A DNA stretch of 64,000 nucleotides from a bacterium. GTDB taxonomy: Bacteria; Patescibacteriota; Microgenomatia; Daviesbacterales; UBA10151. Under the pieces are notes generated by a model. That model had not been told where the DNA came from, ran no database searches, and was given only the letters and a program-made list of their open reading frames with translations. The DNA is taken from the NCBI GenBank assembly GCA_021786105.1, contig JAJYNW010000015.1:18752-82751 (forward strand), written 5' to 3'. Of this stretch, positions 49,404-58,390 are shown piece by piece. Position numbers and translations under genes: made by a program. Position 1 is the stretch's first letter; each line of letters begins with the position of its first letter.

Positions 49404-49996
49404 AAGACCAGCAAAAGTACATTACATCAATAGTTTTGCTTGTAACTGCAATTTTTATTTTTGGCGAGTGGGTTGAAACATGGTTTGGCAAGGGAATTGC
49501 CTCATTTATTACATCAATTAGCACCGTTAGCGTAATTATTTATGGTTTATACCTTGCTTGGGATAAGTGGCTGTGGAAACAAAAAGGGTTAGCTTACATT
49601 TTAAGTAAGCTTGTCGGTTTTTATGAATACCCCGCGTTAGATGGCAAATGGAAAATAGTATATGAAAGCACTTTTGGAAATACTACAAAAGGCGCGGGTG
49701 AAGCAACAATTCAACAAAGCTATTCTTCTTTATTTATTGAGGGAAACTTTGGGCAAAATTCATCATTTGATAGTTATTTTGCTCAACTAAAACAAAAAGA
49801 AAATGGTAAATGGTTTTTAGTTTATACCTACCGCAATAAGCCACATAGTACAAAACTTACCAATTCACCTTCGGGTGGTATGCACGAGGGGTTTGCTTAC
49901 TTGGACGTAGTTGATAAAAACAAGTTGATAGGTTACTACTCCAATGATGAAAACCGTAAAACTAGAGGCAAATTGACTTTTACAAAAATAAATTAG
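49400..49996 (+). CDS. cap15: CBASS Cap15-like 2TM beta-barrel effector (S_2TMBeta)
   Basis: Two TM helices, WLWK, P.LDGKW, IQQSY, YTYRNKP, HEGFAYL, GYYSND and TRGKL; overlaps the CD-NTase stop. Confidence 0.85.
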   Translation: MKDQQKYITSIVLLVTAIFIFGEWVETWFGKGIASFITSISTVSVIIYGLYLAWDKWLWKQKGLAYILSKLVGFYEYPALDGKWKIVYESTFGNTTKGAGEATIQQSYSSLFIEGNFGQNSSFDSYFAQLKQKENGKWFLVYTYRNKPHSTKLTNSPSGGMHEGFAYLDVVDKNKLIGYYSNDENRKTRGKLTFTKIN

Positions 49997-50000
49997 ACCT

Positions 50001-50459
50001 ATGATGAAATTATTAACCGAAGACTTTGTACAAGAGCAAATAATAAAGTATTTAACCAGCAAAGGGTGGGGCACGAGCCTAAAATCAAAAACCCTCAAGG
50101 AGCATGGGGTTGATATTAAGGTGCGCAATGATAAGTTTCCGCGGTATTGGCTTATTGAATGTAAAGGTGATGCTAGTACAAATGCCAAGTACCCAAAATC
50201 ACATAGGGAAGTACACTTTAACCTTGCCTTAGGGCAAATTATTACCCGCATGCAAACCAAGAGGAGGGCTAGAGGTTACAAATACGGCTACAAGTACGGT
50301 GTAGGCTATCCTGCGTCATTTAGGGACTTGGTAATGCGCCGTTTGCCTTATGATGTTTGCTATAAGCTCAATTTGTACGTGTTTTTAGTTGATGAAGGCG
50401 GTGCAGTGGAGAAACTTGAATGGCGTGATTTGAAAAATGCACAAGTAAAAGCTAAGTAG
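50001..50459 (+). CDS. Small PD-(D/E)XK restriction-like nuclease
   Basis: TEDFVQ...HGVDIKV...LIECKG...LGQI. Confidence 0.7.
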   Translation: MMKLLTEDFVQEQIIKYLTSKGWGTSLKSKTLKEHGVDIKVRNDKFPRYWLIECKGDASTNAKYPKSHREVHFNLALGQIITRMQTKRRARGYKYGYKYGVGYPASFRDLVMRRLPYDVCYKLNLYVFLVDEGGAVEKLEWRDLKNAQVKAK

Positions 50460-50741
50460 CAACTTGGAACGCAGGGTCGCGCTGGAGTTTTTTAATTTCA
50501 AGCCACCGTTGCTTTAACTCACCCATATATCCAACGTGTTGAAAGGCTTGGATGATAGCCTTAAAATCAATTGGTATAGGGTGTTTAGGCGCGGGGAGCA
50601 AATGTCAGGTACTAACAACAAGTACAAAAGCACCATGAGCTTCGCGAAGATAACAGCCATTTCATGAAAAGAACCAAATAAGAAAAAAATGGTAGAATAG
50701 TGAAAGCGACGGGCAAAAGGTTCTGCGAGGAGGAACGATGA

Positions 50742-50825
50742 ATGAAAAACTATATTCGAAGAAAAAATTCTTCTCATTAATTCATGAAAAATTATATTCG
50801 AAGCATAAATACTTCTCATTAGTTT
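50742..50825 (+). repeat. 42-bp tandem repeat, two copies
   Basis: Units ATGAAAAA(C/T)TATATTCGAAG...CTTCTCATTA at 50742 and 50784. Confidence 0.8.
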
Positions 50826-51191
50826 ATGAAGAACTATAAAGCAAAAGATGTTGATGAATTCATTGCAAGTGCACCAGAAGAAGCCCAGTCTAAACTTAGG
50901 GAAATAAGAGTGGTTGTAAAATCGATTATTCCAAACGCAGAGGAGAAAATAAGCTGGGGCGTGCCTTTCTACTGGTATCAGGGTGCTCTTGCTGGATTTA
51001 CTCCATGTAAAAGCTATGTGCTCTTTGGCCTCGTGACCGTGCTTGACAATAAAGACCGCGAAACGTTCGGAAAAAAGGGTTACAAAACTGGCAAAAAAAC
51101 CATACAAATCAAGTTCGACCAAAAAGTTCCGATCACATTGATAAAGCAAATTCTAAAAACACAAGCAAAAATGAATGAAGCCAAAAAATAA
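50826..51191 (+). CDS. DUF1801/YdhG-like protein
   Basis: VDEFIA..P...LREIR...PNAEEKISWGVPFY...GKKTIQ. Confidence 0.85.
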   Translation: MKNYKAKDVDEFIASAPEEAQSKLREIRVVVKSIIPNAEEKISWGVPFYWYQGALAGFTPCKSYVLFGLVTVLDNKDRETFGKKGYKTGKKTIQIKFDQKVPITLIKQILKTQAKMNEAKK

Positions 51192-51267
51192 TAGAAATTT
51201 ACTCAGCGCCGCGAGTGTTTTTTCTTACAGCTTATTTTTTATCAATTCAATATAATTTACTTCAAAG

Positions 51268-51615
51268 ATGCCCTCTTTAATAATCATTATTTTTGGTTAT
51301 TTTCGAGCTTTGCTTGGTGTTTTGAAAGATCCAGCTGTTAAAGGTTTGGCCTTATTTATCACACTCTATCTTTTGTTTGGAACCTTCTTTTATCATCGAA
51401 CTGAGGGATGGAGTTACCTGGATTCGGCTTATTTTTGTGTGGTTACGCTAGCTACTGTCGGTTTTGGAGATTTTACCCCCAAAACCAGCCTGGGAAAATT
51501 TTTTACCATTTTTTATATCATGATAGGCATTGGGTCGTTTGTCGCCTTTGCCACGGCTCTGGCCCAGAATATGGTTGAAAGAAGGAGCAATAGACGTAAA
51601 AGGCTTTCAAAATGA
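51268..51615 (+). CDS. Minimal two-TM ion channel (Ion_trans_2, NaK/KcsA-like)
   Basis: EGWSYLDSAYFCVVTLATVGFGDFTP. Confidence 0.9.
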   Translation: MPSLIIIIFGYFRALLGVLKDPAVKGLALFITLYLLFGTFFYHRTEGWSYLDSAYFCVVTLATVGFGDFTPKTSLGKFFTIFYIMIGIGSFVAFATALAQNMVERRSNRRKRLSK

Positions 51616-51635
51616 AGCAATAGTTTTAATTGCAT

Positions 51636-52439
51636 TTAGATATAAGGCAAAAAGCCGAGGGATGAGTAATCCTCATCAAGATTATTAAGTTGTTTCATAT
51701 CATCATCGCTAATTTCAAAGTCAAATACATCAATATTTTCCTCTAAATGTTTCTTTTGATTAGCTTTGGGCAGGGGAACAGTGCCTAATTGTAAATTCCA
51801 GCGGATTAAAATTTGGGCAGGGGTTTTATTGTGCTTTTGGGCCAGTTGAATAAGTGTTTCATCGTTGAGCCGTTTTCCCCGAGTTAGAAGACTGTAAGCT
51901 TGGATAATGATTTTATTTTTTAGGCAGTATTTCAGCATCTGGTCGCTATGGCCAAATGGAGACCATTCAATTTGGTTTACTACCGGGATTTCACCGCTGG
52001 CTTTAATTAGTTGTTCAATCAGCTTAATGGAATAGTTACTGACGCCGATGTCTTTTACCAATCCTTCTTCTTTAGCCCGGATTAAACCTTGCCATAAATC
52101 TTCGCCAGCTCCTACTAGTGGCGGATGGTGAATCAGCATTAAATCAGCATACTCAAGGTCTAGCTCTTGTAGATTGGATATTGTTCTTTGGTAGGCATTA
52201 TCAGTTTCTTCTACTTTTGTAGTGATGTAGATACTTTGACGGTCAATCTGACTGTTTTTAATAGCCTTGCCGATTCCCGGTTGAGTGCCGTAATCGCTTG
52301 AGGTATCAATTAGGCGGTAGCCAAGTTCTAAAGCATGGGTTACAGTCTCGGCAGTATCAATGGTTAATTGCCAAGTACCTAAACCTAAAACCGGCATTTT
52401 GTTGCCGGTCCGCAGTTCTATTTTTGAATTTTTGTCCAT
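51636..52439 (-). CDS. Aldo/keto reductase
   Basis: MPVLGLGTWQ, GYRLIDT, ITTKV, IGVSNY, NQIE and AQILIRW. Confidence 0.93.
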   Translation of the reverse strand: MDKNSKIELRTGNKMPVLGLGTWQLTIDTAETVTHALELGYRLIDTSSDYGTQPGIGKAIKNSQIDRQSIYITTKVEETDNAYQRTISNLQELDLEYADLMLIHHPPLVGAGEDLWQGLIRAKEEGLVKDIGVSNYSIKLIEQLIKASGEIPVVNQIEWSPFGHSDQMLKYCLKNKIIIQAYSLLTRGKRLNDETLIQLAQKHNKTPAQILIRWNLQLGTVPLPKANQKKHLEENIDVFDFEISDDDMKQLNNLDEDYSSLGFLPYI

Positions 52440-52511
52440 ATTGTCAATAACGAAAACCTGGTTTTGATTTTGGCCTAATTGTTTAAAAATCAAGTTGATA
52501 TGCCGCAAGAA

Positions 52512-53576
52512 TTAAGTAAGAATAAATTGTTTTGCAATTTTTTCAATGCCTTTTTGCAAAACATACCCTAACAAAATAAATAAACCTAAGTTTAATGTTA
52601 CATCCAAAAAGGGTGGTAATCCTAAAAAGGGGTTAAATCGGGAAACAATCGGCCAGTGCAGCAGGTAAATTTCATAAGAATAGATCCCAAAAATAGAGAA
52701 CAATCCAAATTCCAGTTTGGATAAAGCAAAGATAACGATTGCTGAAAAAGTAGTAATTAGACTGATACCCTGTTCGATTTTGGGATCCTGACCGACCCCG
52801 GAATAATAAGCAGTATAAAGGAAAACCAGGGTGGCTGCTCCAATAATCAGGATTTTTACAATCCGGTTTAGCTTAAATTTTAGATAAGGGATTACTAAAG
52901 CAAATAACATTCCTAAAGGAAAAGCTAAAGAGTGTAATTTATAAAGCTTTAATACATCGGATTTAACAGGCAGCGGTAAATTAAGCAGAAGCCAGCTTAA
53001 AAGCAGGATTAATAAAGGGGAGAGTAGGGGAATTTTTTTAAAAAACAACAGCGGAAACACCAAGTAATAAAACAGAATTGGGGAAAAATACCATAAGGGT
53101 GAATCCAAACTTTGCCATAAATTAGCTTTAGGGTAAAAACCTAATAGGCTATGGACGATTTCTGCTATCGGATAAACTCGGTGCAACAGGAAAAAATCCA
53201 GCAGTAACACCAAGGTGATTACCGCCCAGAGCGGGATAAATAATTTGGAGAGCCTTTTTTTGTAGAAAGAGAGAGATGAGAGCGGGGATTTCAGCTGGGA
53301 TAGTGTCAACCCAAAGCCTGACAAAAACAAAAATATATTAACCCCCACTCCGGAGGCCACCGATAAAGGGAATAGGAACCTATTATCAGAGGATAAAAAA
53401 TAGCCGATATGACCAAAGACAACAGCTAAAATTGCCAGTCCTTTTAACTGGTTAGTAACTTCTTTGGAGAAAAAACCGGCATTTTGTGTCCTTTTTACGG
53501 AAATAAACAGTAAACCCGTAAGAATTAGGGAGACAAGAATAGTTTGAAAAGTTGGGTCGGAAACGTTAATCAACAT
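52512..53576 (-). CDS. Acyltransferase_3 family membrane O-acyltransferase
   Basis: LKGLAILAVVFGH, GVNIFLFLSGFGL, LWYF and SYEIYLLHW. Confidence 0.9.
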   Translation of the reverse strand: MLINVSDPTFQTILVSLILTGLLFISVKRTQNAGFFSKEVTNQLKGLAILAVVFGHIGYFLSSDNRFLFPLSVASGVGVNIFLFLSGFGLTLSQLKSPLSSLSFYKKRLSKLFIPLWAVITLVLLLDFFLLHRVYPIAEIVHSLLGFYPKANLWQSLDSPLWYFSPILFYYLVFPLLFFKKIPLLSPLLILLLSWLLLNLPLPVKSDVLKLYKLHSLAFPLGMLFALVIPYLKFKLNRIVKILIIGAATLVFLYTAYYSGVGQDPKIEQGISLITTFSAIVIFALSKLEFGLFSIFGIYSYEIYLLHWPIVSRFNPFLGLPPFLDVTLNLGLFILLGYVLQKGIEKIAKQFILT

Positions 53577-54267
53577 TAATTACTTTTAGCCATTCCTTAT
53601 ATCCTTGATCCGAGGGGTGAAACTGGTCTGCTGAGTAAAATTGGGCAGATTTGGTTAAAGGGTACAGGTCAATATAAACTGCTCTGTATTCCAAAGCTGC
53701 CTTTTTAATCGCCTCATTAAACTGTTTAGTCCGGGCCGCCCAAATCAGATTATAGGGAAAGAGTACTATTTTATCAGATCCCAAGTAGGGAATGGATAGT
53801 AGGTAAACTTTGGCACCATTTTTTTGTAAAGCTGAAACAATCTGATTATAGTTATTCTTAAATTCGGTTAAGGATTTTAAGCCATGGATGTCATTGATGC
53901 CGATGAACAGTGTTACCAGATTCGGTTTGGCGGACAGAGCTTGGGGCAGTTGTTTGGTGAGGACATCGTCCGATCTGGCTCCGGATTGGGAGAAATTCCA
54001 CAGTTCCACATTATTTTGGGCAGATAACTTTTGGGCAAGGAGATATGGATAGGAGTTTTGATAATCGGAGGCGCCGACACCGGCTGTTAAGCTGTCGCCC
54101 AGGGCTACATATTTAATGATTCGGTTACCGGGATGGGTGCCAATCAGTGTTTTGGTTTCATGAGGCGGAGGCGCTAAATGCTTTTGACCCAGAAAATCAA
54201 AGAAGTAAACATAATTACCAATCAAATAAATGATAATTATCAAAAAAATGAGCAGGAATTTTTTCAC
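53566..54267 (-). CDS. Exported SGNH/GDSL hydrolase
   Basis: LGDSLTAG, GA, IGIND and DQFHPS. Confidence 0.92.
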   Translation of the reverse strand: MKKFLLIFLIIIIYLIGNYVYFFDFLGQKHLAPPPHETKTLIGTHPGNRIIKYVALGDSLTAGVGASDYQNSYPYLLAQKLSAQNNVELWNFSQSGARSDDVLTKQLPQALSAKPNLVTLFIGINDIHGLKSLTEFKNNYNQIVSALQKNGAKVYLLSIPYLGSDKIVLFPYNLIWAARTKQFNEAIKKAALEYRAVYIDLYPLTKSAQFYSADQFHPSDQGYKEWLKVINVD

Positions 54268-54289
54268 TTATCTACATTATACTGAAAAT

Positions 54290-54820
54290 TCAAGGGGAGA
54301 GAAGGGCAAAAACCAGCAGCCTTTTTAGGGAAGTACCAACCGGTGTGCAGGTCATTAAAATAATCTGATTTGGATCAATTTTTTTGACATATTGAACTTC
54401 CCAAGGCCAGACTTCTTTTTTGTTAATGACTTGATATTGTTGGGTGAGATCGCCTTTGGCAATAATAATTCTGTCTCCTTTTTGCAATTCGCCTAGTCTT
54501 AAAAAGGCGGTATTATAGCGGGTTATTTTCCAGGGGAGATCAGAAGAATGGGCAAAGAAGAATGAGGAATTATCCTTGGCTTGCGCCACTCCTTTTGATA
54601 AGGCTGGTAAGTACTCACTTTTTTGCCAGGGGTTAACGTTGGGGATGATGGGGGCATAGGCGTTGATTTTGGGAATGACGATGGAATAACTATAGTTTTG
54701 AACTTTAGGGGGAGGTAAAAAATAAAGTTTGATCATAGGATAATAAGTGAAAGACAGGATTAACAATGAAGCTAGGATTAAAATATTTCCCAACAAATGA
54801 CGGGTTTTTAGGTTTTTCAC
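54290..54820 (-). CDS. Sortase (class D/E-like)
   Basis: N-terminal TM helix; FAHSS, LMTCTP and KRLLV give the His-Cys-Arg triad. GTG 54820 overlaps the upstream stop. Confidence 0.9.
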   Translation of the reverse strand: MKNLKTRHLLGNILILASLLILSFTYYPMIKLYFLPPPKVQNYSYSIVIPKINAYAPIIPNVNPWQKSEYLPALSKGVAQAKDNSSFFFAHSSDLPWKITRYNTAFLRLGELQKGDRIIIAKGDLTQQYQVINKKEVWPWEVQYVKKIDPNQIILMTCTPVGTSLKRLLVFALLSP

Positions 54821-56004
54821 CGGATTAAGGTTAAACGTTTGATTGCTGATTGAGGTGGGGGGGCAAAACGCAGATAGAGTCCGCAAACTAAAGCCATCAT
54901 TCCAAGTATAGTTAGAAACATCAGCCAATTATTACCGGCGGCCGCTAAAACTTCCCCGGCTGCAGCTGCGCCTAAAACCTCAGCCGCGGGGCCGGCCGCA
55001 CCTCCGGCCGTACCCCCTCCGCCTCCTCCGGCAGATTCACCACCACCCCCTCCGCCACCACCCCCACCTCCTCCAGGCGAGGGAGTGGGAGTTGGGCTGG
55101 GGCTAACTGATGGGCTGGGAGTTGGGGTAGGAGTTACACAACAGGATATTGTTACTTCACTGATATTTATTGGGCCGTTGTTAATGCTTAAGTCATAATT
55201 AACATTACCGGTGACGATGGTTACATCACCTAAATTGCCGTTAGCGAAATTGTTGCCGGTTGATAATTCCCAATTGACTTCATTGTTAATTTGGGCTTCG
55301 TTGTCAATATTAATGTTATTTTCCTGGGTTTGATCAATGTCGGCCGTGTTGGTTGATCCGGTGCCGTTATCAGTAATTTTAATGGAAATATCTGGTCCCC
55401 CTTGGCTAGTTGTCACTTCAGCTATATTGATATCGTGATTGTTAATGTCTGCATTGGCATTAATATTGCCAGTATCGATTGAAACGTTGCCTTCATTATT
55501 ATTTACTTTATTACCGCCGGTATTGGCCTGACCGTCAATTTCGTTATTAATATTAGCTGTTTGACTCACGTCAACATTTGTTTGGTTGTTATTGTCAACA
55601 TCAATATGATTTTGTGAATCGGCTCCGTTACCTGCGATAGTGGCTGTAACTCCCTGGGTAGGACAACACTCATTATTAACTTGGGATTGGTTGGTTTGAT
55701 TTTCAATTTTAGTTTCACTCTTAATATCTCCGGTAGAAATATCATTACTGCTGCCGGTATTGCCAGAGGCTTGGTTGTTTCCGGTATCGGCTAATGTTTG
55801 GATATCATTTTTAATCTCGCCTTGATTGGTTTGTTCAACTGTTGTGGTGGTTTGACTGGTAACAGTGACTTCGTTTTGCGAGCCTGTGCCGTTGCCGGAA
55901 ATTGTCAGTTCTTCCGCATAGCTTGCAGTTAGGGTTAATGAGGATAATGCAACAATAAGTAAGAATATAATAACTATGGAGAGTTTGCGTTTAATTTTAT
56001 CCAT
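54817..56004 (-). CDS. Asn/Gly/Thr-repeat surface protein with sortase-type sorting signal
   Basis: Signal peptide; ISGNGxxSxN and NTGxN repeats; Pro/Thr and poly-Gly linker; LAAAG, TM helix and basic tail. Confidence 0.8.
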   Translation of the reverse strand: MDKIKRKLSIVIIFLLIVALSSLTLTASYAEELTISGNGTGSQNEVTVTSQTTTTVEQTNQGEIKNDIQTLADTGNNQASGNTGSSNDISTGDIKSETKIENQTNQSQVNNECCPTQGVTATIAGNGADSQNHIDVDNNNQTNVDVSQTANINNEIDGQANTGGNKVNNNEGNVSIDTGNINANADINNHDINIAEVTTSQGGPDISIKITDNGTGSTNTADIDQTQENNINIDNEAQINNEVNWELSTGNNFANGNLGDVTIVTGNVNYDLSINNGPINISEVTISCCVTPTPTPSPSVSPSPTPTPSPGGGGGGGGGGGGESAGGGGGGTAGGAAGPAAEVLGAAAAGEVLAAAGNNWLMFLTILGMMALVCGLYLRFAPPPQSAIKRLTLIR

Positions 56005-56077
56005 TTTATTTTTCCAGTTTAATATTTTTGTGTAGTAACACTATCAAGATTCTGTAATAAAATAATGAGAATTTGAC

Positions 56078-58288
56078 TTAATTTACCCGGTGTTTTATGA
56101 AGAGGGTGATACCGCCGAAAGGTAGCAATAATAACAACCAGGCCAAGTTTAATTCCATAACTTGACGACTGTTTGGGGTATTTGGAGTGATGGGTTGTGC
56201 TGATGGACCGCTGTCATTGTTATCTATTTTGACGCCGGCTACCAAAGTTTGCTGCTCAGTGCTGTTGTTGTCGTAGCTGATTGAGGAGGATTTGGGAGCG
56301 TCAGACGCAACCGGGTCAGTAGCAATAGCGGTAGAATCTAATTGCGGTTGATCAGCAGTTTGACCGGAGGCGGATGTTTGACTGGCAGATTGATTTAGGG
56401 ACGGATCTTGGATTTGATTGGCAGGCGGATCAGCCGGGTTCTGGTCGGCATTCCGTCCGCCGTTTGCTGCTGTTTTATGCTGGCCCGGTGTTACAAAATC
56501 TCCTATCCAACTGCCAAAGACATTTACAATGGTGACTGTTAGCCGGTCACCGTTTGCAATATTGTTATTTACAAAATTTACCAGGTTTGTCACGATATTG
56601 GCGTCGCCGGTTTTGATGGTAGAATCTCCGCCGGTATTTCTCGAGGCACTATTATTACCAGTGTTAGCTGACAAATCAATATTATTAATAATTTTGGCAT
56701 TATTAGTTTGGGCGGTGGTGTTATTGCTGGTTGAGTCGGCACTGGCCGTGTTGGAAGAACCTGCTCCGTTACCGGAATTAGTGGCGGTGATGTTACCCTG
56801 ACTGTCGCTCGTAAAGGTGGTACCGGCTGAACCGGCCGTGTCAGCTCCCTTAGGAGCGCCTAAGATTTGTCCTACCCATTGTCCAGCTTTATTGACAATC
56901 ACCAGCCACCAATTTCCTCCTTCGACGTTGGAATTTGCTATGTTAATAGTTTGAGAGTCTATATTGGCACCGCCTGTTTCTATTGTAGAATTACCGCCGG
57001 TATTTTTGCTGGTATGGTTGCCGCCGGTATTTGCTTCAAATTCCAGGTTATTTTGAATCAGGGCCTCATTGGTTTGAAGCGTTGTATTATTAATTTCGTT
57101 ATCAACCAGGGTTGAATTTGTCGATCCCGAGCCGTTGCCGGTATTACCGGCATTTGCTAAGGGGGTGTTTAGCTCTTCCTCCGGCAAGATTATATCTCCA
57201 ATGAGATCACCGAAAATATTTACTACCCCCAGGACAATATTACCCGCGATATTGTTGTTTAAGAAGTTGAGGATGTTGGCTGAGACATTGGCGTCGCCGG
57301 TATTAATAGTAGAATTACCGCCGGTATTTTGGTCTGCCTGATTGTTGCCGGAGTCGGCAGTGAGGGTAATATTGTTTTCCAGTGCGGCATCATTATTTTG
57401 AAATGTCTCATTATTTACAGTCTGGTTTACCGCAGTGTTGTTTGTCGAGTCGGTACCATTGCCGGAATTTGTAACAGAAACAGGATTAAAAATCCCACAT
57501 CCTGTAATACAACCTGAGGCAAAATCTAAAATTAGGTCTCCCTGAGTATTATCAACTACGTTAAATTCGGAAACAGCCAGCCCGGCCGCATTTGTATTAG
57601 CTGTAGTTACAACTGTTCCTGAGGTATTGGCATCTCCGGTAGTAATTATTGAATTTCCTACATTCTGAGAGGCTGAAGATCCGCCGGTGTGGGTATTTAA
57701 GTCCACATTATTTCCTACTTCAGCACTGTTATCCTGAATAATGTTTGTACTGGATTCGTCTCCCAAAGAGGCTGAGTTATCAGATCCTGAGCCGTTATTG
57801 GTATTTTCAGCGCCGGTACTATTTCCGGTTGATTGAGAGGGTTGTTGTAAAGCTGTACTATTTGCTTCTGTTGTCACCGCACCAGTAGTTAAGCCGTTTC
57901 CGGTATTTATCTGAGTATCACCGACCTTACTATCCGCACTCGGGTCTGTTTGGTTTGTCCCGAATTGTTCAGTCTGATCGCCTTGGGTTACTGGTTCTTG
58001 TGGATCTGAATTATTTTTTGTTTCTGAATCTTTATTTAAAGTTCCTGCTGTTTGATTGGATGCCTCAGATGTGGATGCTTGGTCGGAGTGGGGTTCAAGA
58101 GTCGGGGAGGGAGGAGGTGTAGGTGCTTTGGGGGCGGGAGGCGGTGTGCTTTGCACTTCTCCTACTGGTGGGAGGGTGGGCTGCGGAGGAGGGGTTGGTG
58201 TTTCTAAAGCATAAGCATTGGCGGACTGGAAAATTATCAGTAGTGTTATTGTCAATATTGATATTGTTTTTCTTAGATATCCTGCCAT
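56078..58288 (-). CDS. Asn/Gly/Thr-repeat surface protein with C-terminal TM anchor
   Basis: Signal peptide; repeated NxGNGxxSxN...NxAxIxN...NTGGNSTIxTGDAN units; C-terminal TM helix followed by KHR. Confidence 0.8.
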   Translation of the reverse strand: MAGYLRKTISILTITLLIIFQSANAYALETPTPPPQPTLPPVGEVQSTPPPAPKAPTPPPSPTLEPHSDQASTSEASNQTAGTLNKDSETKNNSDPQEPVTQGDQTEQFGTNQTDPSADSKVGDTQINTGNGLTTGAVTTEANSTALQQPSQSTGNSTGAENTNNGSGSDNSASLGDESSTNIIQDNSAEVGNNVDLNTHTGGSSASQNVGNSIITTGDANTSGTVVTTANTNAAGLAVSEFNVVDNTQGDLILDFASGCITGCGIFNPVSVTNSGNGTDSTNNTAVNQTVNNETFQNNDAALENNITLTADSGNNQADQNTGGNSTINTGDANVSANILNFLNNNIAGNIVLGVVNIFGDLIGDIILPEEELNTPLANAGNTGNGSGSTNSTLVDNEINNTTLQTNEALIQNNLEFEANTGGNHTSKNTGGNSTIETGGANIDSQTINIANSNVEGGNWWLVIVNKAGQWVGQILGAPKGADTAGSAGTTFTSDSQGNITATNSGNGAGSSNTASADSTSNNTTAQTNNAKIINNIDLSANTGNNSASRNTGGDSTIKTGDANIVTNLVNFVNNNIANGDRLTVTIVNVFGSWIGDFVTPGQHKTAANGGRNADQNPADPPANQIQDPSLNQSASQTSASGQTADQPQLDSTAIATDPVASDAPKSSSISYDNNSTEQQTLVAGVKIDNNDSGPSAQPITPNTPNSRQVMELNLAWLLLLLPFGGITLFIKHRVN

Positions 58289-58335
58289 TTTTTAATTCAT
58301 TAATCCTTTCTATTTTTTACTTTTCAATTTTTTGG

Positions 58336-58378
58336 TTGTAGGGTGTTTCATTGAAGTGCTGATGAAAGCACCCTACAA
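58336..58378. terminator. Intergenic long hairpin (attenuator or mRNA-stabilising stem)
   Basis: TTGTAGGGTGTTTCATTG...TGATGAAAGCACCCTACAA. Confidence 0.6.
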
Positions 58379-58390
58379 TCCAAGGTTGCC

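Larger units (their letters stand above)
38016..50599. mobile_element. ~12.6 kb integrative satellite-like defence element in tRNA-Asn
   Basis: Serine recombinase abuts the tRNA. Core GGGGAGC occurs at 38016-38022 and 50593-50599. Codon style differs from the flanks (CGCG-rich). Carries rep, terS-like, xis-like, R-M and CBASS genes. Confidence 0.8.

Noticed and set aside
38016-50599. Complete prophage or ICE
   Set aside because: No capsid, tail, portal, TerL, relaxase or coupling-protein genes between the predicted att sites.
55000-55135. C-rich and G-rich tracts as a DNA structural element
   Set aside because: Explained by poly-Gly and Pro/Thr/Ser codons of the surface-protein linker.
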